From Helicobacter sp. MIT 00-7814 (GTDB lineage: Bacteria > Campylobacterota > Campylobacteria > Campylobacterales > Helicobacteraceae), in NCBI RefSeq assembly GCF_003364115.1, contig NZ_NXLL01000007.1, positions 18,373 through 82,372 of the forward strand: 64,000 bases of DNA. The letters run 5' to 3'. Below are positions 37,631 through 48,701 of this stretch, piece after piece. Below the pieces are notes generated by a model, which was not told where the DNA came from, did not search any database, and was given only the letters and a program-made list of their open reading frames with translations. The position numbers and the translations under genes are program-made. How positions within the stretch are numbered: the stretch's first letter is position 1; each line of letters starts with the position of its first letter.

Positions 37631-38533
37631 CTACTTATCCATTAGCGCATTGAGGCTAGTTTTTGCGTCCTTGCCTTCAATGATGGCGCTTACTTCGCGT
37701 GCTATGGGCGCGTGGATTGCGTGTTTTTGGCTGATTTGCGTGATGGCTTTTGCTGTGATGACACCTTCAGCCACTTCGCCAAGCTCACAAAGGATAGAAT
37801 CTATCTTTTTGCCTTGACTTAGAGCAAGCCCCACGCGGTAATTGCGCGACATTGTGGAATTTGAAGTAAGAAACAAATCTCCCGCGCCAGAAAGTCCCAA
37901 AAAAGTTTCCATTTTTGCGCCAAAAAATTCTCCAAAGCGACTCATCTCTACCAGCCCACGCGCTAAAAGCGAAGCCTTCGCATTTTTACCTAGCTCCAAA
38001 CCATCGCAAATCCCCCCAGCAATGGCGATGACATTTTTATACGCGCCTGCGATTTCTCCGCCAATCACATCAGCGCTTGCATACGCTTTGATAAAGCTAG
38101 GAAAGAGCGCACCAAACGCATTTGCAAGAGCGAGATTCTTAGAATGCACTACCAGCGCGCAAGGAAGGGATTGCATCACTTCAGCAGCAAAGCTAGGACC
38201 GCAAAGATACGCAAGATTGTTTGAATCTATAAAATTTTCATAAATATCGCTTACAAAGGCGCTGTTTGTGGTTTCTATGCCTTTTGACGCACAGAGAATC
38301 TTACTTGTCTTTGGCAGATTCACACTTTCAAGCCAGCCTCGCAAAGCATTTGTCGCAATGGCTATAATGAAAAATTCAGAATCTAGCCCTTTGCTAATAT
38401 CCACCTGCGTGATATTTGGGCTAAGATTCTCTAACTTTTTGCGCGAGATAATTTTGACTTGATTTTTTTGTGAAAATGCAAAAGCCAGCGCCCTTCCCCA
38501 CGCGCCCCCGCCAAAAACACTAACATTTGCCAT
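37631..38533 (-). CDS. gpsA: NAD(P)H-dependent glycerol-3-phosphate dehydrogenase
   Basis: N-terminal Rossmann motif [12 protein letters not shown]; 300 aa. Confidence 0.9.
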   Translation of the reverse strand: MANVSVFGGGAWGRALAFAFSQKNQVKIISRKKLENLSPNITQVDISKGLDSEFFIIAIATNALRGWLESVNLPKTSKILCASKGIETTNSAFVSDIYENFIDSNNLAYLCGPSFAAEVMQSLPCALVVHSKNLALANAFGALFPSFIKAYASADVIGGEIAGAYKNVIAIAGGICDGLELGKNAKASLLARGLVEMSRFGEFFGAKMETFLGLSGAGDLFLTSNSTMSRNYRVGLALSQGKKIDSILCELGEVAEGVITAKAITQISQKHAIHAPIAREVSAIIEGKDAKTSLNALMDK

Positions 38534-38536
38534 AGG

Positions 38537-39946
38537 CTACTTCCAGCATTCTGTGTTTGTTAGCCCAATATCAGCGGCTTTGAAATGCGGGTCAAGCCCG
38601 GCTTTGCGCTGTCTTTCGTAGTCTTTTAACACGCGCAGTGCGATATTCCCAAGCAATACAATCGCCACAATATTTGTAATCGCCATAATCCCCATAAAAA
38701 TATCTGCCAAATCCCATGCAAAGCCAAAATTTATTTGCGTGCCAAAAAACACCATAAGCACAGCGCTTAGGCGAAAAATATTTAGCAGAATCTTATTTTC
38801 TGTGATAAATTTGAAATTTATCTGCGCGTAGAAAAAATTCCCAATCAGCGAAGTAAAGGCAAAAAGCACCACAGAAAGGCTTACAAAATGCAGTCCAAAA
38901 CTGCCAAAATAGCCCTCCATCACCTTTTGCATAATAGGCAAACCTTTGAGCCCACTCACATCAGCACTTGAGCAAAGCACCACAAGCGCGGTAGCCGTGC
39001 AGATAATAAGCGTGTCAATAAAGACAGAAAGCGTTTGCACCATGCCTTGTTTTGCTGGGTGGGTTGTGTGCGCGCTGGCTGCAGCATTTGGCGCAGAGCC
39101 CATACCTGCTTCATTTGAAAAAAGCCCGCGCTTAATGCCAATCACCATCGCACTTCCTGCAAAGCCCCCAAAAATCGCTTGAAAATCAAAAGCCTTTTCA
39201 AAAATATGGCTAAAAGCTTGTGGCAAAAGCGCAAAGTTATTAATAATCACAAAAAACGCCACGCCAAGATAGCCCACCGCCATAATAGGCACAAGAATAG
39301 AAGTGATGAAAGCTGAAGATTTGTTTGTACCAAAGAAAAAAGCCGAGACAAATAAGCCCAAAATCACACCAATAAACACTTTAAAATGCCCTTCCTCAAA
39401 GGCTTGCGCGCCGACATAGACTTCAAAAGCTGAAGTGAGTGTGTAGGCTTGCAAGGCATTAAACCCATAAGCAAAGCAAAAGATAAGAGAGATTGCAAAG
39501 CAGATTCCAAAGGTTTTTGAGCCAAGCGCGGATTCTATGTAATATGCCGGTCCGCCTTTGTAGTTATACGCGCCGTCCTTGCGTTTATACACTTGTGCTA
39601 GTGTGCTTTCTACAAAAGCACTCGCTCCGCCCAAAATCGCAGTCACCCACATCCAAAAGAGCGCACCAACGCCCCCTGCGCTAATAGCCACCGAAACACC
39701 GACAATATTGCCAATGCCAACGCGCGAAGCCGTAGAAATCATCAATGCGCCAAATGGGCTTACATGCTCCTCGTGTCCGCGCTCGCGTAAGAGTTTGAAA
39801 GCATAGGGTAAAAAGCGGATTTGAATAAAACGCGTGCGAATAGTAAAATACAGCCCGCAGGCAATGAGCGCAAACACCAAAAAATAGGTATAAAGAAAGC
39901 CATTAGCCTCGCCCACAAATTTTTGAATCCACTCTACAAACTCCAC
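38537..39946 (-). CDS. alanine/glycine:cation symporter (AGCS family)
   Basis: 469 aa polytopic protein with AGCS-family architecture and conserved N-terminal region. Confidence 0.8.
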   Translation of the reverse strand: MEFVEWIQKFVGEANGFLYTYFLVFALIACGLYFTIRTRFIQIRFLPYAFKLLRERGHEEHVSPFGALMISTASRVGIGNIVGVSVAISAGGVGALFWMWVTAILGGASAFVESTLAQVYKRKDGAYNYKGGPAYYIESALGSKTFGICFAISLIFCFAYGFNALQAYTLTSAFEVYVGAQAFEEGHFKVFIGVILGLFVSAFFFGTNKSSAFITSILVPIMAVGYLGVAFFVIINNFALLPQAFSHIFEKAFDFQAIFGGFAGSAMVIGIKRGLFSNEAGMGSAPNAAASAHTTHPAKQGMVQTLSVFIDTLIICTATALVVLCSSADVSGLKGLPIMQKVMEGYFGSFGLHFVSLSVVLFAFTSLIGNFFYAQINFKFITENKILLNIFRLSAVLMVFFGTQINFGFAWDLADIFMGIMAITNIVAIVLLGNIALRVLKDYERQRKAGLDPHFKAADIGLTNTECWK

Positions 39947-40008
39947 GCAACCCCTCCTTAAAAGTCTTAAATTTTTAGAGAATCTAAATTATTTTTGCAA
40001 TTTTAGCA

Positions 40009-40569
40009 TTATTGTTCCCAATCCTTGAGGCTTTTTAGCACTTCTTGCAATGGAGGCTTTTTGGAAAGATAAGGTTTTAGCTCTTCATCACTTAGTCTGC
40101 TCCATATTTTTGTCTCGCCTATAATCCCAGCAGAATCCATACTCGCACGCAAAGTGAGTTTGTCGCCTTCAAGTGTGATTTTAGCGTAATAAATCTCGCC
40201 ACTATCGTAATTATATACCTTGCCATTTTTGTAAGTTCCATCATCGCCTTCTAAGCCATATATAAAAATCGTCACATTGTCATAGCGCTCGCGCAGGTTT
40301 GGATTCTTATTGTGGATATCTTTTGCAGGTGGCGTGCCATCGACATTTGCAAAGCCATAGGCATAGTATTTTCCATCTTTTTGGAAAAATTCTACAATGC
40401 TTTGACGCCCGCTTTTCCCTACATGTGTTTTGTAGAATCCTGAAAGCAAATCTTGGCTAAAGCAAAAAGTAAGCGCGCCAAATGCACCAAAAATAAGGAG
40501 CAAAAAAACATTTTTCAAGCTTTTCATGGAAAAATCCTTTAAGAGAATTTTAAGCTTAAGTATATCCAA
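40009..40569 (-). CDS. DUF2147-family secreted protein
   Basis: signal peptide; pattern G.Y....G.....F.KDGKYY...........PPAKD..NPN..LR.R.....I..GL.....Y..G.VYN.D.G..Y.AKI.L.GD.L.LR characteristic of DUF2147. Confidence 0.55.
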   Translation of the reverse strand: MDILKLKILLKDFSMKSLKNVFLLLIFGAFGALTFCFSQDLLSGFYKTHVGKSGRQSIVEFFQKDGKYYAYGFANVDGTPPAKDIHNKNPNLRERYDNVTIFIYGLEGDDGTYKNGKVYNYDSGEIYYAKITLEGDKLTLRASMDSAGIIGETKIWSRLSDEELKPYLSKKPPLQEVLKSLKDWEQ

Positions 40570-40621
40570 AAATGCTAAAATTACGCAAAAATTTTTGATA
40601 TGAATTTTAGAGGGAGAAAGC

Positions 40622-41317
40622 TTGAAGCGAAGTTTGATTGGTTTGAGTTTATTAGCTTTGTGCGCGTGCGTGTGCGAGGCTAAGATGATTTGGACTGAAG
40701 ATAAAAAAGAAGTGCGCTATGATTCTGATTTGAAGCCTACTGAAGAGGTTTTGCAAGAGGTAGAAAAGACGCGTCAAGCATTGCTTGATAAGGCTGCGGG
40801 CAAGCCAGAGCCAAAAAAGCCAAAAGATCCGCGACAAAAATTTTATCTAGGTTTTAATCTTAATGCTTTAGCAAGCCCAAAAATAGGCTTAGGCTATGGC
40901 ATAGGCGTTGAGGGCGGATATAATTTTGTCGTGCAAAAAAATAATTCCCTGCGCCTTTTTGTCTTTTTTGATCGCTTTAGCAATAGCTACAGCGATTTTA
41001 ACTTCAACCCAAATGAGCGCAACGCCTTTCAAATCTACCGCTTTGGAATCTCTGCTGAATACCGCGCGTATGTCAATCCCTACTTTGGATTCCGTGCGCG
41101 ATTGATTTCTTTTGGCATACGCGATTTTGCACTTAATTCTGATACGCTTACCCCCACAACCACGCGCGCCAAAAAGATTGGGATTTTGCCCACCATCGCC
41201 TTTGGTCCGATTTTTAACTACAAACAACACGAGCTTTTTATAGGTTATGATTTGATTGATTACACTTTTGAAAATGGTCCGAGTGTGAATTTCTTGCAAT
41301 ATAGTTTGAGATTCTAA
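40622..41317 (+). CDS. small outer-membrane beta-barrel protein (Helicobacter OMP-like)
   Basis: signal peptide; alternating amphipathic beta-strand pattern; C-terminal ...YSLRF aromatic terminus. Confidence 0.55.
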   Translation: MKRSLIGLSLLALCACVCEAKMIWTEDKKEVRYDSDLKPTEEVLQEVEKTRQALLDKAAGKPEPKKPKDPRQKFYLGFNLNALASPKIGLGYGIGVEGGYNFVVQKNNSLRLFVFFDRFSNSYSDFNFNPNERNAFQIYRFGISAEYRAYVNPYFGFRARLISFGIRDFALNSDTLTPTTTRAKKIGILPTIAFGPIFNYKQHELFIGYDLIDYTFENGPSVNFLQYSLRF

Positions 41318-41369
41318 AACCTTAGAATCTGTAAAATCCCGCACTACACGCAAATACAAGGAGGCAAAA

Positions 41370-41978
41370 ATGGATATTAAACAATATTATCTGCAATCAA
41401 ACGCACTGCTAAATGGGCATTTTCTCTTAAGTAGCGGGAATCACTCTTCTTGCTATTTGCAATCAGCAAAGGTGCTTGAAAATCCACAAGTCGCAGAAAT
41501 CCTCGCAACTGCTTTGGCAGAAAAAATCACGCAATATGGTTTGAGCGTCTCTTGTGTGTGCTCACCTGCACTTGGCGGGATTTTGGCTGGATATGAGCTA
41601 GCGCGCGCGCTAAAGGCACGCTTTATTTTCACAGAGCGCGTGAATGGTGAGATGACTTTGCGCCGTGGCTTTGAAGTGGCAAAGGGTGAAAAAGTGCTGA
41701 TTTGCGAAGATATTATCACCACAGGCGGTTCAGCACTAGAATCTGCTAAATGTGTAGAGGCGCTAGGTGCGGAAATCGTGGGCTTTGCTGGGCTTGCAAA
41801 TCGCGGGCTTTGTAAGCGCGTAGATTCTGAGCTAACGCCTAGTCCATTAGCCAAACTTCCACAGGATAAGCCACTTTTTGCCTTGCAGGACTTTGTCTTT
41901 GAAATGTATGAGCCAAAAGACTGCCCAATGTGCAAAGAAGGAAGTGTGGCGATAAAGCCCGGCAGCAGAGGCAACTAA
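41370..41978 (+). CDS. pyrE: orotate phosphoribosyltransferase
   Basis: PRPP-binding motif [13 protein letters not shown]; 202 aa. Confidence 0.9.
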   Translation: MDIKQYYLQSNALLNGHFLLSSGNHSSCYLQSAKVLENPQVAEILATALAEKITQYGLSVSCVCSPALGGILAGYELARALKARFIFTERVNGEMTLRRGFEVAKGEKVLICEDIITTGGSALESAKCVEALGAEIVGFAGLANRGLCKRVDSELTPSPLAKLPQDKPLFALQDFVFEMYEPKDCPMCKEGSVAIKPGSRGN

Positions 41979-42526
41979 TGCCAAAACAGCAAAAGGTGCG
42001 CTGGCGCAAGACTTTAGCAACTAAGGATTCTCACGCACAAGGTGCGAAAAATGCCACAAGCGCACGCCACGCGCAAAAAAGCAAAAAAGCGCCTTTTTAC
42101 CTCGTCGATAGGCTTGTGGCGTTTGTCACGGATATGTTTATGATAAATATGCCAATTTTGTATGTGGCGACTTACCTTGTGCTGGGCTCTAAAGAGGCAT
42201 TTTTGGAAAATCAGGTGGCGATTTTTATTTGTGTGGCGCTTTTTGGGATTGTGCTTTCAATCTTTTTTGCGCTAAGCGGGCAGACGCCGGGCTACAAATA
42301 CGCGGGCTTGCGACTTGTCAATGAGCCAGATTCTAACAATTTTTCAGAATCCAAGCGCAATCCGTCATTTTTAATTGCATTCTTGCGCTATTTGCTGTGG
42401 ATTGTGAGTGTGGCAAGTATTGTTGGCGTGTTGATGGCGCTTTTTAGGAAAGATTCTCGGACATTTTATGATGTGGTGTGCAAGACGCAAGTTATTTCTG
42501 CAAAGCCCACAAAGCCAATGCTTTAA
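41978..42526 (+). CDS. RDD-family membrane protein
   Basis: start taken at ATG overlapping pyrE stop (TAATG); TM helices and RDD-family-like Arg/Asp pattern; N-terminal basic tail. Confidence 0.5.
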   Translation: MPKQQKVRWRKTLATKDSHAQGAKNATSARHAQKSKKAPFYLVDRLVAFVTDMFMINMPILYVATYLVLGSKEAFLENQVAIFICVALFGIVLSIFFALSGQTPGYKYAGLRLVNEPDSNNFSESKRNPSFLIAFLRYLLWIVSVASIVGVLMALFRKDSRTFYDVVCKTQVISAKPTKPML

Positions 42527-42534
42527 GATTCTTA

Positions 42535-42670
42535 AAACTACCAAATAGCGTTACAGAATCTACAAAATCTTAGTAACCAAAAAACGCTAGGTATGGGCGC
42601 GAAGCTGGAAACAAAGCGGAATTCACTTCCGCGCAGTTGGAAGCGGAGCGGAGCTTTGGCGTTAGCCAAA
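42535..42670. repeat. dispersed GC-rich repeat element, copy B (inverted relative to 33836-34020)
   Basis: see copy A; sits between convergent RDD-protein gene and xth. Confidence 0.55.
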
Positions 42671-42696
42671 GTGATACATTTCAAAGGAATAAAACC

Positions 42697-43452
42697 TTAA
42701 ATTTTAATTTCCAACCCCACAGGGCAATGATCGCTTCCTAAAATTTCTGGGTAAATGCACGCGTTTTGCAATTTGGATTCTAAAATTTTCGAGCAAAGGA
42801 AGTAATCAATCCGCCAACCCGTGTTGTTTTCCCTAGCTTTTCCCATATAACTCCACCAAGTGTAAGCGCCCTCTTTGTCCGGGTAAAAATGCCTAAAAGT
42901 ATCAATAAACCCAGAATCCAAAAGCGCGCTCATTTTCTCGCGCTCTTCGTCGGTGAAGCCGGCGTTGCGGCGGTTTGTTTTGGGGTTTTTAAGATCGATT
43001 TCTTTATGCGCGACATTGAGATCGCCACATACGATGACGCCCTTATGCTTTTCTAGGTTTTTCAAAAACGCGCGAAAGTCATCTTCCCACTCCATGCGGT
43101 ATTCTAAGCGTTCCAGCTCGCGCTTGCTATTTGGCGTATAAACATTGACAAGATAAAAATCGCTATATTCCGCGGTGATAATGCGCCCTTCTTTGTCATG
43201 GTGCGTGATTCCCATATCATAGGCGACATTTAAAGGCACTTGTTTGCTAAAAATCGCCACGCCAGAATAGCCCTTTTTTTCCGCGCTATTCCAGTATTCC
43301 TCATAGTTTGGGAAATCAAATGTAGCTTGTTCGCGCAACATTTTAGATTCTTGTATGCAAAACACATCTGCATTCACAGCGTTAAAAAAATCCATAAAGC
43401 CCTTATTCATGCATGCGCGCAAGCCATTGACATTCCAAGAAATAAGCTTCAT
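42697..43452 (-). CDS. xth: exodeoxyribonuclease III
   Basis: EEP-family nuclease; N-terminus MKLISWNVNGLRA, catalytic motifs CIQESK, GDLNVAH, SDHCPV. Confidence 0.9.
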   Translation of the reverse strand: MKLISWNVNGLRACMNKGFMDFFNAVNADVFCIQESKMLREQATFDFPNYEEYWNSAEKKGYSGVAIFSKQVPLNVAYDMGITHHDKEGRIITAEYSDFYLVNVYTPNSKRELERLEYRMEWEDDFRAFLKNLEKHKGVIVCGDLNVAHKEIDLKNPKTNRRNAGFTDEEREKMSALLDSGFIDTFRHFYPDKEGAYTWWSYMGKARENNTGWRIDYFLCSKILESKLQNACIYPEILGSDHCPVGLEIKI

Positions 43453-43462
43453 TGACGCGCGC

Positions 43463-44428
43463 CTATTGTATGGAATCTAAGCGTTTTTTAATCTCAAGCA
43501 CAATTTCATAGCCGTGATTAAGCGCTGCGGCGATTGAGCCACCGCTTTTAAACAAAATATCCCCAGCGATGAAAAGATTTTTTATCGAGCTTTCATGGTT
43601 TGTCGCCACAGGCACGCCGTTTTCATCAAGCTCTAAATTGCATTTTTTGAGAAAATCCACAGGCGCAGCCCCACCGATAGCATACACCACCCTATCAAAC
43701 ACCTCGCTTGTGCCATCAGTGAAGCACACTTTGACTTTTCCTTCACTATCTTCTAGCGCGTTTATATCAATGCCTAGCCTAGTTTTAAGCTTTCCGCTTT
43801 GGATAGAATCTTGCAATTGCTCATTATTAACTTCATTAATCCTGCTAAATTCGCTGCGACGGTAATTAAGCGTTGCGTCATTGCTTTGACAAAGGAAGTT
43901 TGCGTATTCTACAGCGGAATTTCCCCCGCCAACGATAAGCACTTTTTCGCCAGATTCTATGTTGTTTGCGTTGTATTGCACTTTTTTGCGGATTGATGAG
44001 GGGATTTGGTAGCTTGGCTTATTTGGCTGTCCCATTTTACCTATAGCAATAATCACAAAGCGCGCCTTAAAGCTCTGTCCGCCGCTTGTATGCACGATAA
44101 AAATTTCCCCTTCTTTGCGCACAGATTCTATCTCGCTTTTAAAGCGCACATCAATTTGCTTTGTTTTTAGCAATTCATCAAAAAGATCTAGCGTGCTTTC
44201 TTTGGTGCCATCGACAAAGTAGATATTTCCGTTTAGCTCGACTTTTTGCCCTTTATAGTCCTTATCCACGCGCTTGCCGTCTTTGTAAAATTGACGGATA
44301 GTCGCAGAGTGATTTTCGCCCTTTTCAAACATAATAAGCTTTTTAATCCCCAAAGTTATGCTCTCAACCGCCGAAGCAATCCCGCCGGGTCCGCCACCAA
44401 TAATGGCAATATCATAGATTTCAGACAT
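43463..44428 (-). CDS. FAD/NAD(P)-dependent oxidoreductase (thioredoxin-reductase-like fold, no CxxC redox pair)
   Basis: two Rossmann GxGxxG motifs (IIGGGPGG; LIVGGGNSAVE). Confidence 0.6.
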   Translation of the reverse strand: MSEIYDIAIIGGGPGGIASAVESITLGIKKLIMFEKGENHSATIRQFYKDGKRVDKDYKGQKVELNGNIYFVDGTKESTLDLFDELLKTKQIDVRFKSEIESVRKEGEIFIVHTSGGQSFKARFVIIAIGKMGQPNKPSYQIPSSIRKKVQYNANNIESGEKVLIVGGGNSAVEYANFLCQSNDATLNYRRSEFSRINEVNNEQLQDSIQSGKLKTRLGIDINALEDSEGKVKVCFTDGTSEVFDRVVYAIGGAAPVDFLKKCNLELDENGVPVATNHESSIKNLFIAGDILFKSGGSIAAALNHGYEIVLEIKKRLDSIQ

Positions 44429-44443
44429 TTTCTCTCCTTTATG

Positions 44444-44668
44444 TTATTTGTGTTTGGGATTGTGCGTAAGCTCTTGCAAAAAGTCTTGTTTATCCTCGGC
44501 GCTAGCGACTTTGTTTAAATCTTCAGGCGAGTCAAAAAGCACGCCTTCCATCATTTTATTTTCATCATCAAATTGTCCATTTTTCAGTCCCCAGACAAAT
44601 GCTAGTAAGCCAAAAAACCCCAAAACAAGCGAAACGCCTAGCATAAGCGCGATAATCCCTACATTCAT
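44444..44668 (-). CDS. ccoS: cbb3-type cytochrome oxidase maturation protein CcoS/FixS
   Basis: 74 aa; single TM followed by WGLKNGQFDD...VLFD, matching the CcoS signature. Confidence 0.7.
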   Translation of the reverse strand: MNVGIIALMLGVSLVLGFFGLLAFVWGLKNGQFDDENKMMEGVLFDSPEDLNKVASAEDKQDFLQELTHNPKHK

Positions 44669-44796
44669 ACTTCTAGCCTTTGCATAGAGTTTGCACCGCT
44701 TTTAAGCTTTGCTAAATCTTTTCAAGCCGCGTATTTTGCCAAAATCTTACTAAAAGATATTTTAATGCGTCAGAATCAATGTTGTTTTAAGTGCGC

Positions 44797-46188
44797 CTAT
44801 TTTTGCTCTTTTTTCTGACTTATTTTATCAAGCAAGTTTTTGCCTAGCTCGCTTTGTGCGAGTCCTTCAAGCATTGCGCCTAGTTGCGTGCCACCTTTTG
44901 CGGAGAAAAACTCGCTCACACTTTGGAGTCCTTCATTGACATTGCCATTATTTGCGTTTGCGATGATTTTGATGTCAGCCTTATCAAGCGCTTTTGCCTG
45001 CTCGATACCTATGGCTTGAGAGGCTTCGATTTGGCGGATTGAGATGAGGTAGCTTTGGTAGCCTTGATTTTCGCCTATTTCTTGTGCGAGTGAGATTTGC
45101 GCTTCGATTGGTGCCATTTGCATGAGCTTTTCACTTTGCGCTTTTGCGGCACCTTCTAGCTCGATACCTTTTGATTCTTTAGTTTTCATCTCTAGCAATG
45201 CTTCAGCCTCGCGCTTTTTAGATTCTAGCAATGCTTCAGCTTTTAAGATATCTTTTTGCTTGTCACCTTCTGCGTTGATGATGGCGGTTTGCTTGATTTC
45301 TTCAGCCTTTACGACATTGACATCTTTGGTGATTTCTGCGCGCTTGATATCAGCGACTTTGATGACTTCCATTTCTTTTTCTTTGGTGACTTTTTCTTGC
45401 TCTTTAACAAGCTGTGCGGCTTTTTGCGCGGAGATATCAACTTCTCTTTGAGATTCCACGGTTTTTAGTCCCACGACTTGCTTTGCGATTTGTTCTTGGA
45501 TCTGCGTGGCTTGCTCGGCGTTGATTTCAGCGATTTCAGCATTTTTGATATTTTCTGCCACTTCGACGCGACTTTGCATTTCGATGAGAGATTTTTTCTT
45601 TTCCATGATATTGCGGATTACATTAGAATCTTGACTATCCCTTATATCCATAAGCTCCAAATTTTTCACCGTTTCAACGCCCCAGCTTGCGAGCTGTTCG
45701 CGCACTTCTTTGGTAAAGCTATCGCCAAAAGTGCTTCTTGAGTGCATAATATCTTCAATCTCATGGGAAGAAAGTATCGTCCTAACTGATCCTTGAATAA
45801 TCGCGCGCAACTGCTCGATAAGCTCACTAAAGCTACTCACTCTTTGCGCCGCGACATTAGAATCTTTAATGCGGAAAAAAGCCGTAATATCCACGATAAA
45901 AGGCACCCTGCCTTTATCATAGGCTTCATAGCCATTGAGGTTAATATCAAACACAGAAACAGGCAAAACGATTTTTGTCACCCCAAAAATAGGCAGCCAA
46001 GAGGGCCACTCATAGTAAGTATTGCCATTTCCGGTGTCTTTGCCAAAAGAGGTGGTGTTTTTGGCAGATTGGATAATATGCACTTCATTTGTCGCCACCA
46101 CACGGCGGAAAAGCAGTGCCACCAAAACAACCAGCACAAGCAACGCCACCAAAATCCCAACCAGAATCAAAGCAAAATCTATCATCAC
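44797..46188 (-). CDS. flotillin-like SPFH domain protein (YqiK family)
   Basis: N-terminal TM, SPFH domain, long EA-rich coiled-coil flotillin tail. Confidence 0.8.
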   Translation of the reverse strand: MMIDFALILVGILVALLVLVVLVALLFRRVVATNEVHIIQSAKNTTSFGKDTGNGNTYYEWPSWLPIFGVTKIVLPVSVFDINLNGYEAYDKGRVPFIVDITAFFRIKDSNVAAQRVSSFSELIEQLRAIIQGSVRTILSSHEIEDIMHSRSTFGDSFTKEVREQLASWGVETVKNLELMDIRDSQDSNVIRNIMEKKKSLIEMQSRVEVAENIKNAEIAEINAEQATQIQEQIAKQVVGLKTVESQREVDISAQKAAQLVKEQEKVTKEKEMEVIKVADIKRAEITKDVNVVKAEEIKQTAIINAEGDKQKDILKAEALLESKKREAEALLEMKTKESKGIELEGAAKAQSEKLMQMAPIEAQISLAQEIGENQGYQSYLISIRQIEASQAIGIEQAKALDKADIKIIANANNGNVNEGLQSVSEFFSAKGGTQLGAMLEGLAQSELGKNLLDKISQKKEQK

Positions 46189-46284
46189 AAGTCCTTTAAA
46201 GTGTAAAATTTGCCAAAAAGCATAACATAAAATTTATTTTCAAAAAATAAAATGCTACAATTAAAATAAAAACAAAGGAAAATT

Positions 46285-47277
46285 ATGTCAAATGCTCTTA
46301 TACAAAGCTTTGATACAGCGCTAAGTGAAAGGAAGATTTCAAGGGATATCATCGATGAATTTGATAAAGATGAAAAGGAGCAATCTCTCGCGCTGTGTGA
46401 AAATATCAAGGGCAATGTAGCGCATTTTGAGCAAAATGATGGATTTATTTTTGAGACGCTAAATGCGATTAGGGCAAATATAGATTCTATTAATCCGCAT
46501 AATTTTAAGCTGTCGTTTTTTGATAGAATCTTTGGTAAGCAAACGCAGAAATTTAAAAAATATTTTGAAAAATTTAACACAAATAAGAGCATTTTAAATC
46601 AGCTTGTGGCAAAGCTTGACGAGGGTAAGGAGATTTTAATAAGGGATAATATTACGCTTTCGCTTGAAGCGGAGAAAAACGCGTCTTTAAGCGCGTTACT
46701 CAAAACAAAGCTAGATATTCTCAAAGAAGCTGATTTGTATGCGGAAAATAAGCTTGCAGAGATCGAAAATGACGCGCTAAAGGCGGATTTTGAAAAGCAG
46801 ATTCTTTTTATCTTGAAGCAAAAAATCATCGATCTAAGCCAGCAAATCGCTGTGCATACGCAAGGTGAGCTTGCGCTAAAAACGCTTATAAACAACAACA
46901 AAGAACTTATAAACGCGGTTGAGCGCACAAAGGCTGTAACGCTTAATGCGCTAAGTGTGGCGGTTATCACCGCGCAAGGATTGGATCAGCAAAAGCGCGT
47001 TTTAAACGCGGTGCAGGGGATAAACGAGCAGACAAGCGATCTCATCGCGCATAATGCAAAAGCGCTAAAAGAGCAGGGCAAGGCTATTCAAGAGGGCGCG
47101 AGTGAAGCGATGCTAGATATGGAGAAGCTAAAGGGCGCGTTTGATGATGTGTTGGATGCTTTGCACTCCGCGCAGGAATACAAGCAAAACGCATTGCCAA
47201 AAATGCGCGAAAATATCAAAGTCTTTGATTCCTATCTTGCGAAAGCCACGCATTTAAATAAGGCAAATTTTGGCTGA
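46285..47277 (+). CDS. TelA-like (toxic anion resistance family) coiled-coil protein, tentative
   Basis: 330 aa, all-helical, resemblance to TelA/KlaB family; weak. Confidence 0.35.
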   Translation: MSNALIQSFDTALSERKISRDIIDEFDKDEKEQSLALCENIKGNVAHFEQNDGFIFETLNAIRANIDSINPHNFKLSFFDRIFGKQTQKFKKYFEKFNTNKSILNQLVAKLDEGKEILIRDNITLSLEAEKNASLSALLKTKLDILKEADLYAENKLAEIENDALKADFEKQILFILKQKIIDLSQQIAVHTQGELALKTLINNNKELINAVERTKAVTLNALSVAVITAQGLDQQKRVLNAVQGINEQTSDLIAHNAKALKEQGKAIQEGASEAMLDMEKLKGAFDDVLDALHSAQEYKQNALPKMRENIKVFDSYLAKATHLNKANFG

Positions 47278-47968
47278 TTTTATCGCAAGATTTAATAAAA
47301 ATTTAGAAAAAATAGATTCCCTCGCGCTGTCGTTTTATGAAAAAGATTTGCTTTTTAGCGCGTATTACAATCACCTAAACCACCTTGAGATAAGCCCGCA
47401 GACAAGGGAGCTTATGAGTAAGCTTGGCATAAGTTTTAAGCATAAAAATATTATTTTTGAATCTAAAACGCTAGATTCTCACACGTTACAAAGCAATGCG
47501 CAAAATAATCAGCCCAAAGAGCGCGAAGAGCGCGCGCTAAGTCTTTTTGCACTAAGCCTTTTTGAATGTAGTGAGCGGGCAAAAACTCTGCAGATTGAAA
47601 GCGAGCATTTTTTGGAGCAAATTAAGCTAAACCTTGAAAAAACACTTCACCCACAAGAGCTCGCGTTTTTAAAAATTAGCTCAATTTATCAAAAACTAGA
47701 GCAAGAAAAAACGCGTTTGCAAGAGGCTTTGAGCGAACTTACTGCAAATTTTTTGCAAGGATTTGAAAACCTTGAAGCACCTTTGCAAGATGAAATCACA
47801 CAAAAGGCTAATGCGCTCACACACGCGCTAGAAAAGCAAAAAAACCTTTCCGCAAAACTCTGCTTTAAAATCCTAGAAATAAAAAACGCCCAAACAAAGA
47901 ATCCAACTTCCCTTGAAACGCTTATAAACGAGCTAGACGCATATTTACAAAATATAAAACATAAATAA
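47270..47968 (+). CDS. hypothetical coiled-coil protein
   Basis: overlaps upstream ORF by 8 nt; no motif. Confidence 0.35.
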   Translation: MADFIARFNKNLEKIDSLALSFYEKDLLFSAYYNHLNHLEISPQTRELMSKLGISFKHKNIIFESKTLDSHTLQSNAQNNQPKEREERALSLFALSLFECSERAKTLQIESEHFLEQIKLNLEKTLHPQELAFLKISSIYQKLEQEKTRLQEALSELTANFLQGFENLEAPLQDEITQKANALTHALEKQKNLSAKLCFKILEIKNAQTKNPTSLETLINELDAYLQNIKHK

Positions 47969-48667
47969 AAGGATTAAAACATATACCACAATTATAAGCG
48001 GTCTAAACCACCACTTATAAAGAATTCCCTTGTTGGTTGCGGTGTTTTTGCTTGTTTCTTCTGAATTTTTGGACGCAAAATTTTCTAGATTCTGCATGAA
48101 ATTTTTCATTATCTTTTGTCGCTCGAGCTCTCTTTTGCGCGATTTTATGTCAAAATTTGCCCTTTTTGTTTTGATTGTATTTTGTTGATGTAGATACACA
48201 ATCTTTGAATCTTCCATGCTTGGCGTGATTTGTGTAATTTGCGTGATTTGGGAATCCCACCCATCTTGCGAATCCTTTATAATTTGAGACACCTTTACAA
48301 TTTGCGAATCCTTTGTATTTTGCAAATCCTGTTTGGGAGCTGGCGTTTGGGGATTTTGCGCTTTTGGGGCGGGTGTTTTTGGCGCATGTGTTTTTTGCGC
48401 TCGCTCTTGTGTTTGAAAATGTGTTTGCGTTTGAGAGTGCATTTGCACCTGCGCTTTTCTTGCCTTTAATGCCTCTGTAAAGCTTTTTTCCTCATTTGTG
48501 ATATTTGTCGTTTCATTTTCATCTAAAATATTTTTAAGATTTTTTTCTAAATCCTGCGTGTAGCCATCAAGCCTTTTGCTAAATCTTTGCCCCTCTTGCG
48601 TCCTTTTGGTGCGATTAGATTCTCTTTGTTCCCTTCGTTGTTGCGCTTTTTGCAAAAACTCATTCAT
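47945..48667 (-). CDS. hypothetical Q/T-rich protein with C-terminal TM anchor and ~21-nt imperfect tandem repeats
   Basis: repeats at 48225-48335 encode SQIVKVSQIIKDSQDGWDSQITQITQITPS. Confidence 0.35.
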   Translation of the reverse strand: MNEFLQKAQQRREQRESNRTKRTQEGQRFSKRLDGYTQDLEKNLKNILDENETTNITNEEKSFTEALKARKAQVQMHSQTQTHFQTQERAQKTHAPKTPAPKAQNPQTPAPKQDLQNTKDSQIVKVSQIIKDSQDGWDSQITQITQITPSMEDSKIVYLHQQNTIKTKRANFDIKSRKRELERQKIMKNFMQNLENFASKNSEETSKNTATNKGILYKWWFRPLIIVVYVLILLFMFYIL

Positions 48668-48701
48668 TTTTTAGCCCCGTATTTAAGATTCTCATTAACT
48701 T

